A DNA stretch of 64,000 nt from Longimicrobiales bacterium (GTDB lineage Bacteria; Gemmatimonadota; Gemmatimonadetes; Longimicrobiales; Gaopeijiaceae). Below, piece after piece: positions 1 to 10,142 of this stretch. How positions within the stretch are numbered: the stretch's first letter is position 1; every line of letters begins with the position of its first letter. The position numbers were made by a program, and so were the translations under genes. The notes beneath the pieces were generated by a model. That model did not search any database, was not told where the DNA came from, and saw only the letters and a program-made list of their open reading frames with translations. Location of the stretch: positions 2,720,001 to 2,784,000 of the forward strand of contig CBDAON010000004.1 of assembly GCA_965198065.1 (NCBI GenBank), given 5' to 3'.

Positions 1-20
1 CCCCTCGGGTAGAACTCGCA

Positions 21-917
21 TCAAGCGAGGTCTCGCGCTCCGCTGAAGCCGATTTCAAAGTCTTCTATCGTCGCCAGGTCCTGGAATGTGAAGAGTCCGG
101 GGGTACCCTTCGCGTAACGAACCACATCGCCTCCGGCGCCACCGAGGGCGAGATAGACCAGGTGAAGCGTGTTCCCGTCAGGGTCGACTTCCATGTCAGG
201 GAATCTTCCAACTTCGACGTGGTCTCCCTTGGGCTCGATGATCGAAACGGACCAATCGTTCGGCCCTTCTCGCGAGGCGATCACGCCGAGTCCAGCAAGG
301 TCATCGAAGAAGGCTGCACGCACGCCATCCAATGAGTGCACGATGGCCGTACCACCGGCGTAATCAAAGCTTCCGGAAGCCGCGAGCTCGATGCTCCAGC
401 CCGCACCGTCCCATGCCCTATAGTTGAGCCCCCGGCCGGCGAATCCACGTGGGTCGTAGGACGCAGTGTGCAGCTCTCCGTCTGGTCCAAATATGCCCGT
501 GTTATACCAGCCGTCATGTCCGACGTTAGTCATCGGCTGTAAATCGAAGTTACCGAAGGACCGGATGGCGAGGACTTGATCTTCGCGATCGTGGTCATGG
601 TAGAGAACGTGAGGCTCCCCGGCGTCCGATAGGAGAATGTCAATTGGCCCGTAGAAATAGCCGTTGGCGATCAGCTCCATTGCAGGCATAGCGGCGCCGG
701 ACGAGAGGCGCGCGTAGCGGATCCATCCACTCCGTGCTTCTTCAAGGAAGGCGGCGTGCACCGTACCGTCGGCACCGACAGCGATAGCCGGCTTCGTACC
801 AGCACCCAGTCGCGCGAACTGCCACCCATCGAGCGACCCTAAGGGCGTGCAGCTGTCTACCCCGCCAGGAGGCAACCCTCCTCGCTGGCTACGAAACGCC
901 GAAGTGGAACTCTCCAT
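21..917 (-). CDS. Hypothetical protein with repeated beta-propeller/BNR-like blades (possibly truncated)
   Basis: 298-aa ORF with repeated 'D..G.(V/L/P)H...Y/F' blade-like motifs; start and 3' end uncertain. Confidence 0.45.
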   Translation of the reverse strand: MESSTSAFRSQRGGLPPGGVDSCTPLGSLDGWQFARLGAGTKPAIAVGADGTVHAAFLEEARSGWIRYARLSSGAAMPAMELIANGYFYGPIDILLSDAGEPHVLYHDHDREDQVLAIRSFGNFDLQPMTNVGHDGWYNTGIFGPDGELHTASYDPRGFAGRGLNYRAWDGAGWSIELAASGSFDYAGGTAIVHSLDGVRAAFFDDLAGLGVIASREGPNDWSVSIIEPKGDHVEVGRFPDMEVDPDGNTLHLVYLALGGAGGDVVRYAKGTPGLFTFQDLATIEDFEIGFSGARDLA

Positions 918-1147
918 CGACTACGTCGCGACGGGTCTCCCGAACGCGGGCGACTTGATCGGGGACGAGCTCTTTCTGGACGATGCGAGCCCCTGGTCGC
1001 TCTCCCTCGTCTCTGTGCTTCCACTGGCCCCGCTGGATCCGTGAGGGCGGCCAGGTCGGACATGGTGGTCGTGGAGATCACCTGCCGGTAGAGCGTCCCC
1101 GTGGCGCAAGGAGGGTGAGCAGCTTCATTCGGGAATGGGGCCTTCGC

Positions 1148-1318
1148 ATGAACCGGGCTGGGGAGGGGCACCCTGCCGGCTGGACACATTCTGGACCCAG
1201 ATCGCCCGAAAGCATCGAAAACGGACCGAAAACCTCCGAACCCTGAAAACCCGAAAGGCCCCGTCTCCGTTGAGGAAACGGGACCTTCCGAATCGGGCTG
1301 AACCCCCCGGAGGCTACT
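1148..1318 (+). repeat. Copy 1 of ~170-bp island-end (att arm-like) repeat
   Basis: Aligns with 5223-5391: atgaaccggg...ctggacacattctggac...cccgaaa...aaaacggaccgaa...gaaaacccgaaag...ggaggctact. Confidence 0.85.
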
Positions 1319-1370
1319 CGCAGTAACAAGGCGGGTGCCTTGCCGCGACCCAACGCCTCGGTCGCTGCTC

Positions 1371-2597
1371 CTACTTCTCCTTCCGTTTCGCGCCGTGCTC
1401 TTGCGAAGGAGCGCTGAACTTGTCGAGAAGCAGTGCACCGAGGGCATCTCCCTCGACACGCGCTGCCCGGCCCTCGAGTAGCACCGAGCAACCCTTGAGC
1501 GCGAGCGGCGTGAACAGGTTCAGCATGAACATGGTGAAGATCAGCACCGAGAAGATGGACGAGTCGATGGCGCCCTGTGACAGAGCCAGCGCGGCGAGGA
1601 TCATCCCCAACTCGGCACGCCCGCACATACCCACGCCCACGGTAAGGGCCTCCCACGCCGACAACCCCATGCGCAGCGCCATGCCCCCCGCGCTCGCGAC
1701 CTGACCGACGATCACTGCCGCGGTCAGCAGTACAAGGAACGCCATGCCAGAAGCGCTGATGTCGAAGGTGACGGAGAAGCCCAGCGACATGAAGAAGATC
1801 GGTCCGAGGAACGAGTAGGCGATCCCGTAGGAGCGATCCGCCACGATCCGGACGAGATTCGGGTGTGCCACCTTCTCTTCGAAGAACAAACCGGCCAGAT
1901 AGGCCCCCAGGATCATGTGCAGCCCGATGGCCTCGGCGAAGAGGCCGGCGGCGATCGCCACGAATAGGATGAAAGTGAAGCCTTTGCCTCATGTTGCTCA
2001 GTCGGTTCGCGTACCCGCGCCCTCGCTTTGGAAGGGCAGTGTGAAGCCAGAGTGACGGCGATGTCCATGGGCTCCGAACGACCCGCCGGACAGTACCCCG
2101 ATCATGAGGCCGAAGAACACCAGGGTCAGCAGGTCGTCAATCACGCAACTCGCGACGGTCACCCGGGCCACGCGGGTATCTGCGAGCCCCAGGTCATTGA
2201 GGGTCTTCAACGTGATGACCACCGCGGTGGCGGTCATCGTGAGACCGACGAACACGGCACCTACCGGATCCAATCCGAACGCCGTCGCCACGCCGAAGCT
2301 GACCCCGAACGGCACGATCGCGCCCACTATGGCAACTCCGAGCGAGCGCTTCAGAGCATCGAAGAATGCGGAGGGCTGGGTCTCCACGCCGGCGTGGAAC
2401 ATGAGGAAGAAGATCCCGATCTCGGCCAGGAGCGTGATCGCCTCACTGGGCTCGATGAGGCCGAAGACTGCCGGTCCCACCAACACCCCGACGATGAGCT
2501 CGCCCATGATCGTGGGCAGCCCCAGCGGGCGCAGGGTGACCGCGACCAGCCAGATGCCGGCCAGGAGGATCAGCAGATCGACGGCTACTTCATGCAT
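1371..2597 (-). pseudogene. Cation:proton antiporter (CPA2/Kef-like), split
   Basis: ORFs 1998-2597 (GELIVGVLVGP, EIGIFFLMFHAGVET, CVIDD) and 1371-1961 (ILGAYLAGL, PIFF, CGRAE) are the two halves; junction at ~1990-2070 is rearranged. Confidence 0.8.
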
Positions 2598-3009
2598 TGC
2601 GGGGAACCTAACACAGGGGTGCTCATCGGTGACCGGAGGATCTTCGGTCGTACGCGCATGAGGATCCGGGAGATTCTAGAACGCGCTCGAGACTACTCCG
2701 AAGAAGTAAAGAGCCAACAGCATCCCGAGAGCGATCACCCAGCGCAGGGCCGCCGTATCGGCCCTGTACGCGCGCTTAGGGGGCCTTCGCCGTCCTCAGT
2801 GCCCCGGTACGCTGTACTACGATTTTTTGCCAAGGAAAAAGGACTGTACCGACCCTAGCTAAGGCCCCTCAGGACCGTTGGCTAGTATCGCCACCCCCTG
2901 CGACGGGTGGGAGGACGTCCCGCTCGTCTGGTCGAAGAGGCGGACGAGAGTCCGGACGGGAAGTGGTATGCGCACATGTCAGTTCTCCTTCTCTCCTTCT
3001 TTTCCTTCG

Positions 3010-3210
3010 AAGGCTTTGAACTACATCGGCGAAGAGATATACCCGAAGGAGTGGGATGAGGAGAGGGAGTTCTTCTCAGAAGAACCGTACCGGGGCACGG
3101 CTGGGAAGCTCAGGTTCCTTTCTGAATACCTTAGTGTCTCCATCGACCATACTCGCCGACCCTATCAGTCCTTTCAGAGCCTGTTGACTTTACGGAACCA
3201 GATGGTGCAC
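3010..3210 (+). pseudogene. Fragment of a possible HEPN-like protein
   Basis: Lower-GC stretch encoding ...FQSLLTLRNQMVH (RxxxxH); no start, abuts unrelated sequence. Confidence 0.35.
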
Positions 3211-3420
3211 GTGGACTCCCCCTGCGTTCAACCGCCGGCTTCCCCGAGCAGGGCCCTCGCCCGGCTCCGGTATCCTTCGTCGACTTCAGGGTTTCCCGAG
3301 CCGGCGGCAGCTACGGCCGCCTCGAGGGCTCTTCGCATCTCATCAGGACGTTCTCGGTCTTGGTACACCTGTGCGAGCCCCAAGTGATGCATCGGAGGGG
3401 GGCTTCTTCCACCTCAGGAG

Positions 3421-5127
3421 CTATCCGAGGAGCTCGCTGAAGCGCTCACGCTGATCCGCGCTCCCGAGGGCGACGAGCGTCGAGCCTTTCGTCAGCCGGC
3501 GCCCCGGCAGCAAGCGCGTGACGGTCCTGCCGTTCTCCTGTAGGGCGATCACGCTCAGGCCGCTTCGGGCCCCGATCTCCGCTTCGGCGAGCGTGCGGTC
3601 GACCAGCGAGGCTGGCAGGGGCACGTAGAACAGGTCCACGCCCTCGCCTAGCACCACCAACTCCCGATTCTGGACGATCGAAAGGACGGTCTGGGCCCCG
3701 AGGGAAGCATAGCTCAGCACGAAGTCGGCACCGGCACGGTGGATGGCCTCCACGTTTCGCTCGTGGGTGACGCGGCTGAGAATCCGTGCGTCGGGGTTGA
3801 GCCGCCGGCAGTACACGTTCAGATAGACGTTCATCGCGTCGTCGTGCGTGGTGACGAGAATGGACGGTGCCTCGGCGACCCCGGCCTCGTCGAGCACGTG
3901 CCGGTCCGCGGCGTCGCCCAGGATGAGCCGATCGGGAATCCCGGCGATTTTGGCTTCCAGCTCCGAATCGCGCTCCACCAGGTGCACGGGCACGCCCCGC
4001 TGCTTCAGGGCGCGCGCGGCCGAACGTCCTACCTTCCCGCCTCCTAGGATCAGGACCGGGTTCGGGTTGGCGTCGTAGATCACGAGCACCTCGTTCAGCT
4101 CCTGGATCTCCTTTTCCCCGCCGATCGCGACCGGCACGCTGAGCGGCGTCAGCACCAGATCCGGCGTCGCGGACCTGAAGCGTCCGTGCTCCCACACGCC
4201 GATGATCGTGACGCCGGTGAACTCGCGCAGTCGCGTCTCCCGGAGGGTGCAGCCCTGGAGCGGCGTGTTGTGCACGGGGAACTCGACGAGCAGGAGGTCG
4301 TGGAACTTCCCGATCATGTTCGCGTGGGCGCTCCCGGCGCTGACCCGGTTGGCGAGGTGCTCGCCCAGCCGCTGCTTCAAGGGGAGCACGTGCGTGGACC
4401 CGCTGAGCTCGAGGATGTCGATCGAGTCCTCCACTTCGGCCACGGCGGCGACTGGCACCGATTCGGACAGCTCCCGGACCGTCAAGACAATGTTGGAGTT
4501 GACCGTATCCGAGGCGTTGGCCAGCACCAGGCATGCCCGCGCGGCACCGGCCGCCCGGTAGGTCTCGGCCGCGTCGATGTCGCCCGTCAGCACCGGCAGA
4601 CCAGCATCCTGCATGCGCATCGCCAGGTCGGGGTCGGGCTCGATCACGTAGGCGGGCACGCCCGCGAGCTCGAGCCGTCGGAGGAGCCCCAGCGCGATCG
4701 GGTCGTTCGCGCATATGAGCACGTGGTCCGAGACGTCGGGCGGCGCGGAACGGAGGGCCCGGATCCTCCCCCGGCTTCGCTGCTCGAGCCACGGGGCATA
4801 GACGAGGCGGATGAACAGGCGGGGGAGGATGATGAGGAGAAGCACCACTCCGGTGAGAAGCACGAGGCTGCTGAACGCCCGGCCGAGATCCGTCTGGAAG
4901 GTGATGTCCCCCAACCCGAGGGTGCTCATCACCGTGAGCGTCCAATAAATGCCGGTGAACCAGGAGTGCTCCTGGCCCTCCCACGCCATGATCGCCTGGA
5001 AAAGCCAGCCGTAGAGGAGGATGACCGCCGTGAGGAACGCGACGTACTTTGCGAAGGGGGCGAGCTCGCGGCGGAGCTTCCCTCCCTCCTTCACCAGCGC
5101 GGCCAGCTGGGAGCCGACGGTCTTCAT
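3421..5127 (-). CDS. Potassium channel protein with RCK (TrkA-N/TrkA-C) domains
   Basis: Pore motif TVMSTLGLGD between two TM helices; GGGKVG NAD-binding motif; duplicated RCK domains. Confidence 0.88.
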   Translation of the reverse strand: MKTVGSQLAALVKEGGKLRRELAPFAKYVAFLTAVILLYGWLFQAIMAWEGQEHSWFTGIYWTLTVMSTLGLGDITFQTDLGRAFSSLVLLTGVVLLLIILPRLFIRLVYAPWLEQRSRGRIRALRSAPPDVSDHVLICANDPIALGLLRRLELAGVPAYVIEPDPDLAMRMQDAGLPVLTGDIDAAETYRAAGAARACLVLANASDTVNSNIVLTVRELSESVPVAAVAEVEDSIDILELSGSTHVLPLKQRLGEHLANRVSAGSAHANMIGKFHDLLLVEFPVHNTPLQGCTLRETRLREFTGVTIIGVWEHGRFRSATPDLVLTPLSVPVAIGGEKEIQELNEVLVIYDANPNPVLILGGGKVGRSAARALKQRGVPVHLVERDSELEAKIAGIPDRLILGDAADRHVLDEAGVAEAPSILVTTHDDAMNVYLNVYCRRLNPDARILSRVTHERNVEAIHRAGADFVLSYASLGAQTVLSIVQNRELVVLGEGVDLFYVPLPASLVDRTLAEAEIGARSGLSVIALQENGRTVTRLLPGRRLTKGSTLVALGSADQRERFSELLG

Positions 5128-5222
5128 ACAGACAGCATGATACGACAGCGTGATAAGTTCTAGCGGCGGAGAAGTGATCAGGTCGACGAAGAAGCCTGGG
5201 GAGGGTCCACAGCAGCCGCAGG

Positions 5223-5391
5223 ATGAACCGGGCCGGGGGGCACCCTACCGGCTGGACACATTCTGGACACAGACCCCCCGAAAACATCCAAAACGGACCG
5301 AACGGAGGCGAAGCCCGAAAACCCGAAAGCCCCCGTCTCCCTTAAGGAAACGAAGGCTTTCCGAACCGTAACGAAAACCCCGGAGGCTACT
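5223..5391 (+). repeat. Copy 2 of island-end repeat, abutting the tRNA fragment
   Basis: Homologous to 1148-1318; contains tandem TGGACACA-ttc-TGGACACA and an imperfect hairpin. Confidence 0.85.
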
Positions 5392-5430
5392 GCAAATCCT
5401 CTATCCCCGGTTCGAATCCGGGCGGCGCCT
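5389..5430 (+). tRNA. 3' fragment of tRNA-Cys(GCA); probable attR
   Basis: actGCAaatcctctatccccggTTCGAATccgggcggcgcct gives anticodon loop, T-arm and acceptor 3' strand; no 5' half upstream. Confidence 0.8.
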
Positions 5431-5518
5431 CTGGAGAAGTGTTCCCGTCCGGACGTCATGCTGACCGCGACGCGATCCCTCTCGCAGCGCCTACGTTTGG
5501 CTGCGGGGCGCCTCGTCG

Positions 5519-7939
5519 TCATTCCGACCGAATTGCCACCGCCGGGGAGATCCCCGCGGCTCGGGCGGACGGGACTGCCGTGGCCATCGCGGCGACCGCG
5601 AGGAAGACCCCCGTACTGGCCAGGAGGGTGACCGCATCGTACGGGCTCACCCCATAGAGCAAGGAGGAGATGACTCGTCCCGTCACAACCGCCCCAACGA
5701 GGCCGAGCCCAATCCCGAGGCCCGCGAGCGACATCCCCTGTCCCAGGACCAGGCGGCGCACCCGGCCGGGATCGGCCCCCAGGGCCTGCAGCACGCCGAT
5801 CTCTCCGGTCCGCACGCTTACCACGTACGAGATCACCCCGTAAATTACTACGGCTCCCAGGAAGAGGGAGATCGCGGCGCCGAGCGCCAGCAGCACCATG
5901 GTGAAGGTGGTCCGGCTGAGCGAGTCGCCCACGACCGCGCTCATCGTTTGGACCTCGGAGATCGGGAGGTCGGGGTCCATCGTCCCGATCACGCCGCGCA
6001 CTTGCGGCACAAGGGCGAGCGGATCTCCTTCAGCGCGGACGGTCATCGTCATCGCCCGCACGCCTCCCCCGACTGAGTCCAGCATCGGCTGGTAGATGAA
6101 CTGCTCGGCGGGCACGTCGAGCCCCGTGTCGTGTACGTCCCCGACGACCCCCACGGATCGCGCTGGGGACCCCGCGGTGGTCATCCTCTTCCCGAGGGCG
6201 CTGTCATCGGGCCAGTACTGTTCCTTCAGGGAGCGGCTGATGATGAGCGATCCCAGGCGCCGGTTGTGGTCGTCGCTGTTGAACGAGCGTCCCTCGAGTA
6301 CTGGAATCCCCATTGCCTCGAAGTACCCTGGCGTGACCCTGCGAATGAGGAAAGCGGGTGGGAAGGCCTCCTCGGCAGGTGGAAACTCGTCGATGATCGT
6401 GGTCAGAACCTCCCCTCCACCGGTGAGCGGCAGCGTGTTGATCCCTCCGGCTACCACGACACCGGGGAGTGCCCCGAGCCGCAGAATCAACTCGTCGTAG
6501 AAGCGCGCGACCGACTCCGAATCATCGTAGCGATTAGGTGGCGGCGAGATGCCAAAGGTGAGGACACCGTCTGGGTCGAATCCGGCCTCGACCGAGCGGA
6601 GCTCCTGGAAGCTCCGAAACATGAGCCCTGATCCCACCACGAGAATGAGGGCCAACGCCACTTGGGCCACCACCAGAGCCGCGCGCGCGCGCTTATCACG
6701 CCGGCCGAGGGTACCGCCCCGCGCTCCATGGCGAATCGCCGCGAGCATTCTGGGCGAGCCCGTACTGAGCGCGGGAAGAGCTCCAAAGAGAAGCCCCGAC
6801 AGGACGGACACCGTCGCTGTGAACGCCAGCACGGAGCCGCTCACGCCGATCTCCCCGAGTCGAGGAATCATGGGCGGGGCCGCGGCAACCAGGACGCGCG
6901 TGCCCGTGAAGGCAAGAAGAACCCCGGCGGCGCCTCCAATCAGTCCCAGGAGCACGCTCTCCGTGAGCACATAACGGACCAGTCGAGCTCGCCCCGATCC
7001 CAACGCCAGACGCACTGCCGTCTCTCGCGCCCGCGTTTCCGCTCTCGCCAGGAAGAAGTTCGCGACGTTGCTGCATGCGATCAGGAGCACGAAGCCCGCC
7101 GTGCCGAGCAGCACGAGGAGCGGCGTCCGGGCGTCCCCGACCATCTGTTATTTTAGCGTCCAGACCGCCGCCCTCCCGTCGAATACTCCGGTGAACCAAA
7201 TCGGACCGTATCCGACTTCGTCGAATCGGGCGATCAGGCTTTCCGCGTTCGCGACGGCCTCTTCCGTCGTGGCGTTCGGCGCCAGCCTCGCGATTGCGGC
7301 GATGTGGTGACCGCCGAAGTTCCCGCTCGCCGGATCGAGCCGGTACGGGATCCACACGTCGATGTCGGGAGATGGGAACGCGAACTCTGGAGGCATCACC
7401 CCGATCACCTCCCACGGCGTCCCGTTCAACTCGATCGTCCGCCCCAAGATCGAGGGATCCGCGCCGAAGATCGAGTTCCAGAGACCATCGCTCAGGAGGG
7501 CGACCTGGGGGCCGTTCGGCACGTCTTCCTCCTCCCGCGGAAAGCGGCCGAGTCGCGGCGGTACCCCCAACAGCTCGAAGGCGCTCACGGTCATGACGCC
7601 GATGTCTACCTGAAGGGGCGGGCCCTGCCCTGTGAGCGGCCATTCTGGATCCGCGCCCGAGTACCCGCCGAAGGCTTGGAAGGAGCGATTATTCTCAGCG
7701 AAGTGCCAGAACCCACGGTCCGAAAAGGGAATCTCGTTGCTGACGGAAGCGTCGGCGCGGGTAGTGGCGGCGACCGTGACGATTCGATCCGAATCGGGGT
7801 ACGGGAGCGGGCTCAGCAGCACGCCTTCGACTACCGAGTAGATCGACGTAATCGCCCCGATGGAGACGGCGAGCGTGAGGAGCACAACGACGGCGAAGCC
7901 GGGGCCCCTCCGGAGGGAGCGGAGGGTCGTGCGGACCAT
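5519..7939 (-). pseudogene. ABC transporter permease (duplicated MacB/FtsX, ADOP-like) with one in-frame stop
   Basis: ORFs 7148-7939 and 5519-7144 are in frame, separated by TAA-CAG (LK*QMVGD); motifs LLIACSNVAN, VRLALGSGR. Confidence 0.85.
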
Positions 7940-8076
7940 CCCGAGCCACGGATTCGATCACGATCGAGCCTCCTCGCGTGGAGCGCCATCATGGAGGGTG
8001 CTGGTTATTTCGCAGGTTGCACAGCCACGGGCAAGAACAGGACGGCAAGAAGGGCAGGAGATCCAGCGCCGCTTTT

Positions 8077-9333
8077 TCAGGACACGACTCGGGGCGCCGC
8101 GACTTCGGACGCAGGTATTTCGCGGGTGGAGATCCGAATTCCCGCGTCCAGCGTCCGGTGGACGGGACAGCGGTCGGCGATCTCAAGGAGACGCCGGCGC
8201 TGGTCTTCGTCGAGCGGACCGACGAGCGAGATCTCGCGATCGAGCTGATCGAGTCGAGAATCCTCATGTTCGGACCGCTCCTCATCCCGCCTGTAGAGCC
8301 TCCGGTGCTCCATGCGCACGACCGCCTCCTCGAGCGGCCAGCCCTTCCGACCGGCATAGCTCTGTAGGGTCATCGAGGTGCAGGCCCCGAGCGCCGCGGC
8401 GAGCAGGTCATATGGCGTGGGTCCGAGGCCCTCGCCGCCCACCGCTTTTGGTTCGTCGGCAACCAGGGCGTAGCCGCGGGCTAGCACGTCGGTGCGAAAC
8501 GTGCCGGCGGCCGTCCTTGCTGTGACACGGTTGTCCTTCGCGAGATCTTCCGGTGCCTCGGGCTCCGTCGGGTAGTCGAGATAGCGCCTCGCCCAGGCCG
8601 CGAGCACCGATCCGACGTACAAGGAGTCATTCTGGTCCAAGAGAAGGTGATCGGCTTGATCGAGGGAAACGAAGCTCTTCGGGTGACGCGCCGCCCCGTA
8701 GATGCGAGCCGCGTTCTCTATGCCGACGCTCCGGTCCACGGGGGAATGAAAGATGAGAAGGGGGCGCGCGAGCTCGCGGATCGCTTCCTCCATTCGATGT
8801 CCCGCCAGATCCTCCACGAAGTCGCGGCTGACGGTGAACTCACGTCCGGCCAGAGATACCGAAGCCGAGCCCTGCTCTTCGATGTCGTCGAGGGAACCCG
8901 CAAAGAGGTGCGTGATATGCCGCGGATCGAACGGGGCGCCTATCGTGGCCACTGCACGGACGGAATCGATCCGCCGGGCGGCCTGAAGGACCGCCGCGCC
9001 GCCCAGCGAGTGCCCGACGAGGACGGCAGGGGACGCGAGCATGCTCCCCATATAACTGGCTGCCGCCACCAGGTCGGCGACGTTGGACGAGAAGGTCGTG
9101 TCCGCGAAGTCTCCTTCGCTCTCACCGAGCCCCGTGAAGTCGAAGCGGAAGACGGCGATCCGCTGCTGAGTCAGGGCCCGGCTGATGTTAACCACAGGCT
9201 TCAGGTCCTTAGAGCAGGTGAAGCAGTGCGCGAACAGCGCGCAAGCCACGACGTCGCCGTCGGGAGGAAGGCTAAGGCGCGCGGTCAGGTGATGGCCCGC
9301 GGATCCGGGGAATGTGATGCGTTGATTGATCAT
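8077..9333 (-). CDS. Bifunctional alpha/beta hydrolase - OsmC family protein
   Basis: AHCFTCSKD, GHSLGG, HPKSFVSLD..DH; C-terminal ADEP..GG...GPTPYDLL..ALGAC and IADRCPVHRTL. Confidence 0.9.
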   Translation of the reverse strand: MINQRITFPGSAGHHLTARLSLPPDGDVVACALFAHCFTCSKDLKPVVNISRALTQQRIAVFRFDFTGLGESEGDFADTTFSSNVADLVAAASYMGSMLASPAVLVGHSLGGAAVLQAARRIDSVRAVATIGAPFDPRHITHLFAGSLDDIEEQGSASVSLAGREFTVSRDFVEDLAGHRMEEAIRELARPLLIFHSPVDRSVGIENAARIYGAARHPKSFVSLDQADHLLLDQNDSLYVGSVLAAWARRYLDYPTEPEAPEDLAKDNRVTARTAAGTFRTDVLARGYALVADEPKAVGGEGLGPTPYDLLAAALGACTSMTLQSYAGRKGWPLEEAVVRMEHRRLYRRDEERSEHEDSRLDQLDREISLVGPLDEDQRRRLLEIADRCPVHRTLDAGIRISTREIPASEVAAPRVVS

Positions 9334-9840
9334 GGAAACCTTGCAGTCAGGGGTCCTGGAGAGGGGCCAACGGCGGGGCGAGGCCGATCCTACGTGAATC
9401 GTACGGACTTCCGTGACCGAGTCCCTGGTCGGGGGCCAAGCTCGAGGGCGGGCCCGTCCCCTAAACGGGCGAGGTCCGCGAGGAGTTCCCGCTGAGCCTG
9501 ACGCGCGGTGCGTCAGGTACAGGGCGTTGGAGCAATGTGCCGCCAATCTGCCCGTTAGACGCCAGCAGCAAGCCGAACTAGTTTCAATCTTTACAACCGT
9601 GGGGTGCTCGCATCACCGACATGGCAGACGGATAAGATGTCGAAGAAAGCAAGCGCTGCGTAACGCTCCTGCTGAGGGCTCGAACTCCCGGGCCAACGCT
9701 TCCACAGAATCGGCCCAATCCGCACCAACTCGACCATCTGTCGCCGAAACTCCGGAGGGTACGCCGGAAGCGTCCATAGCGTTGTGGACTCCTCCTTTCT
9801 GCCTCACTCTTGAGGTGTCCACTAACCCGGGTCAACTCCA

Positions 9841-10095
9841 ATGCCAATCTTCTTGGACCGTCACGATTTGGTTGAAGCATCCGCGGAGGGCGTCGCCAAT
9901 CTGCACGTCAAGGACTTGCAAGTCCAACACAAATACGGAGTGAAGTTCCTTGATATCGCCCAAGCAGACGCCATCCTCGTATCTCCTGAGGTCAAAGACG
10001 CGTGTACTGATGTCGATCTGGGGTTTGAGCCGTCGGGTTCTGAAACGTTGAGGGGGTTTTCAGAACCGGTTCAGCTGTTTTCCCCGGCTCATTGA
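9841..10095 (+). pseudogene. Internally deleted DUF4242 / adenylate-cyclase-like fusion remnant
   Basis: N-terminus MPIFLDRH...HVKDLQVQHKYGVKFL joined directly to a class III cyclase-like tail (AILVS.EV...LRGFSEPVQLF). Confidence 0.55.
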
Positions 10096-10142
10096 TGCGC
10101 GCGATTTTCGTGAAGCTCCAGCATCTGCTGCGGTACTGATCG

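Noticed and set aside
3446..5287. Long alternative-frame and antisense ORFs (also 40489-42327, 57188-58819, 15450-16874 and others)
   Set aside because: Arg/Pro/Gly-rich shadow ORFs expected at this GC content, overlapping well-supported genes
5340..5435. Complete tRNA-Cys gene
   Set aside because: No 5' acceptor strand or D-arm upstream of the anticodon loop; only a 3' fragment is present
7148..7150. Programmed stop-codon readthrough or recoding in the permease
   Set aside because: The codon is TAA, no recoding signal is evident, and other genes end normally at TAA/TAG/TGA; a GAA>TAA mutation or error is simpler
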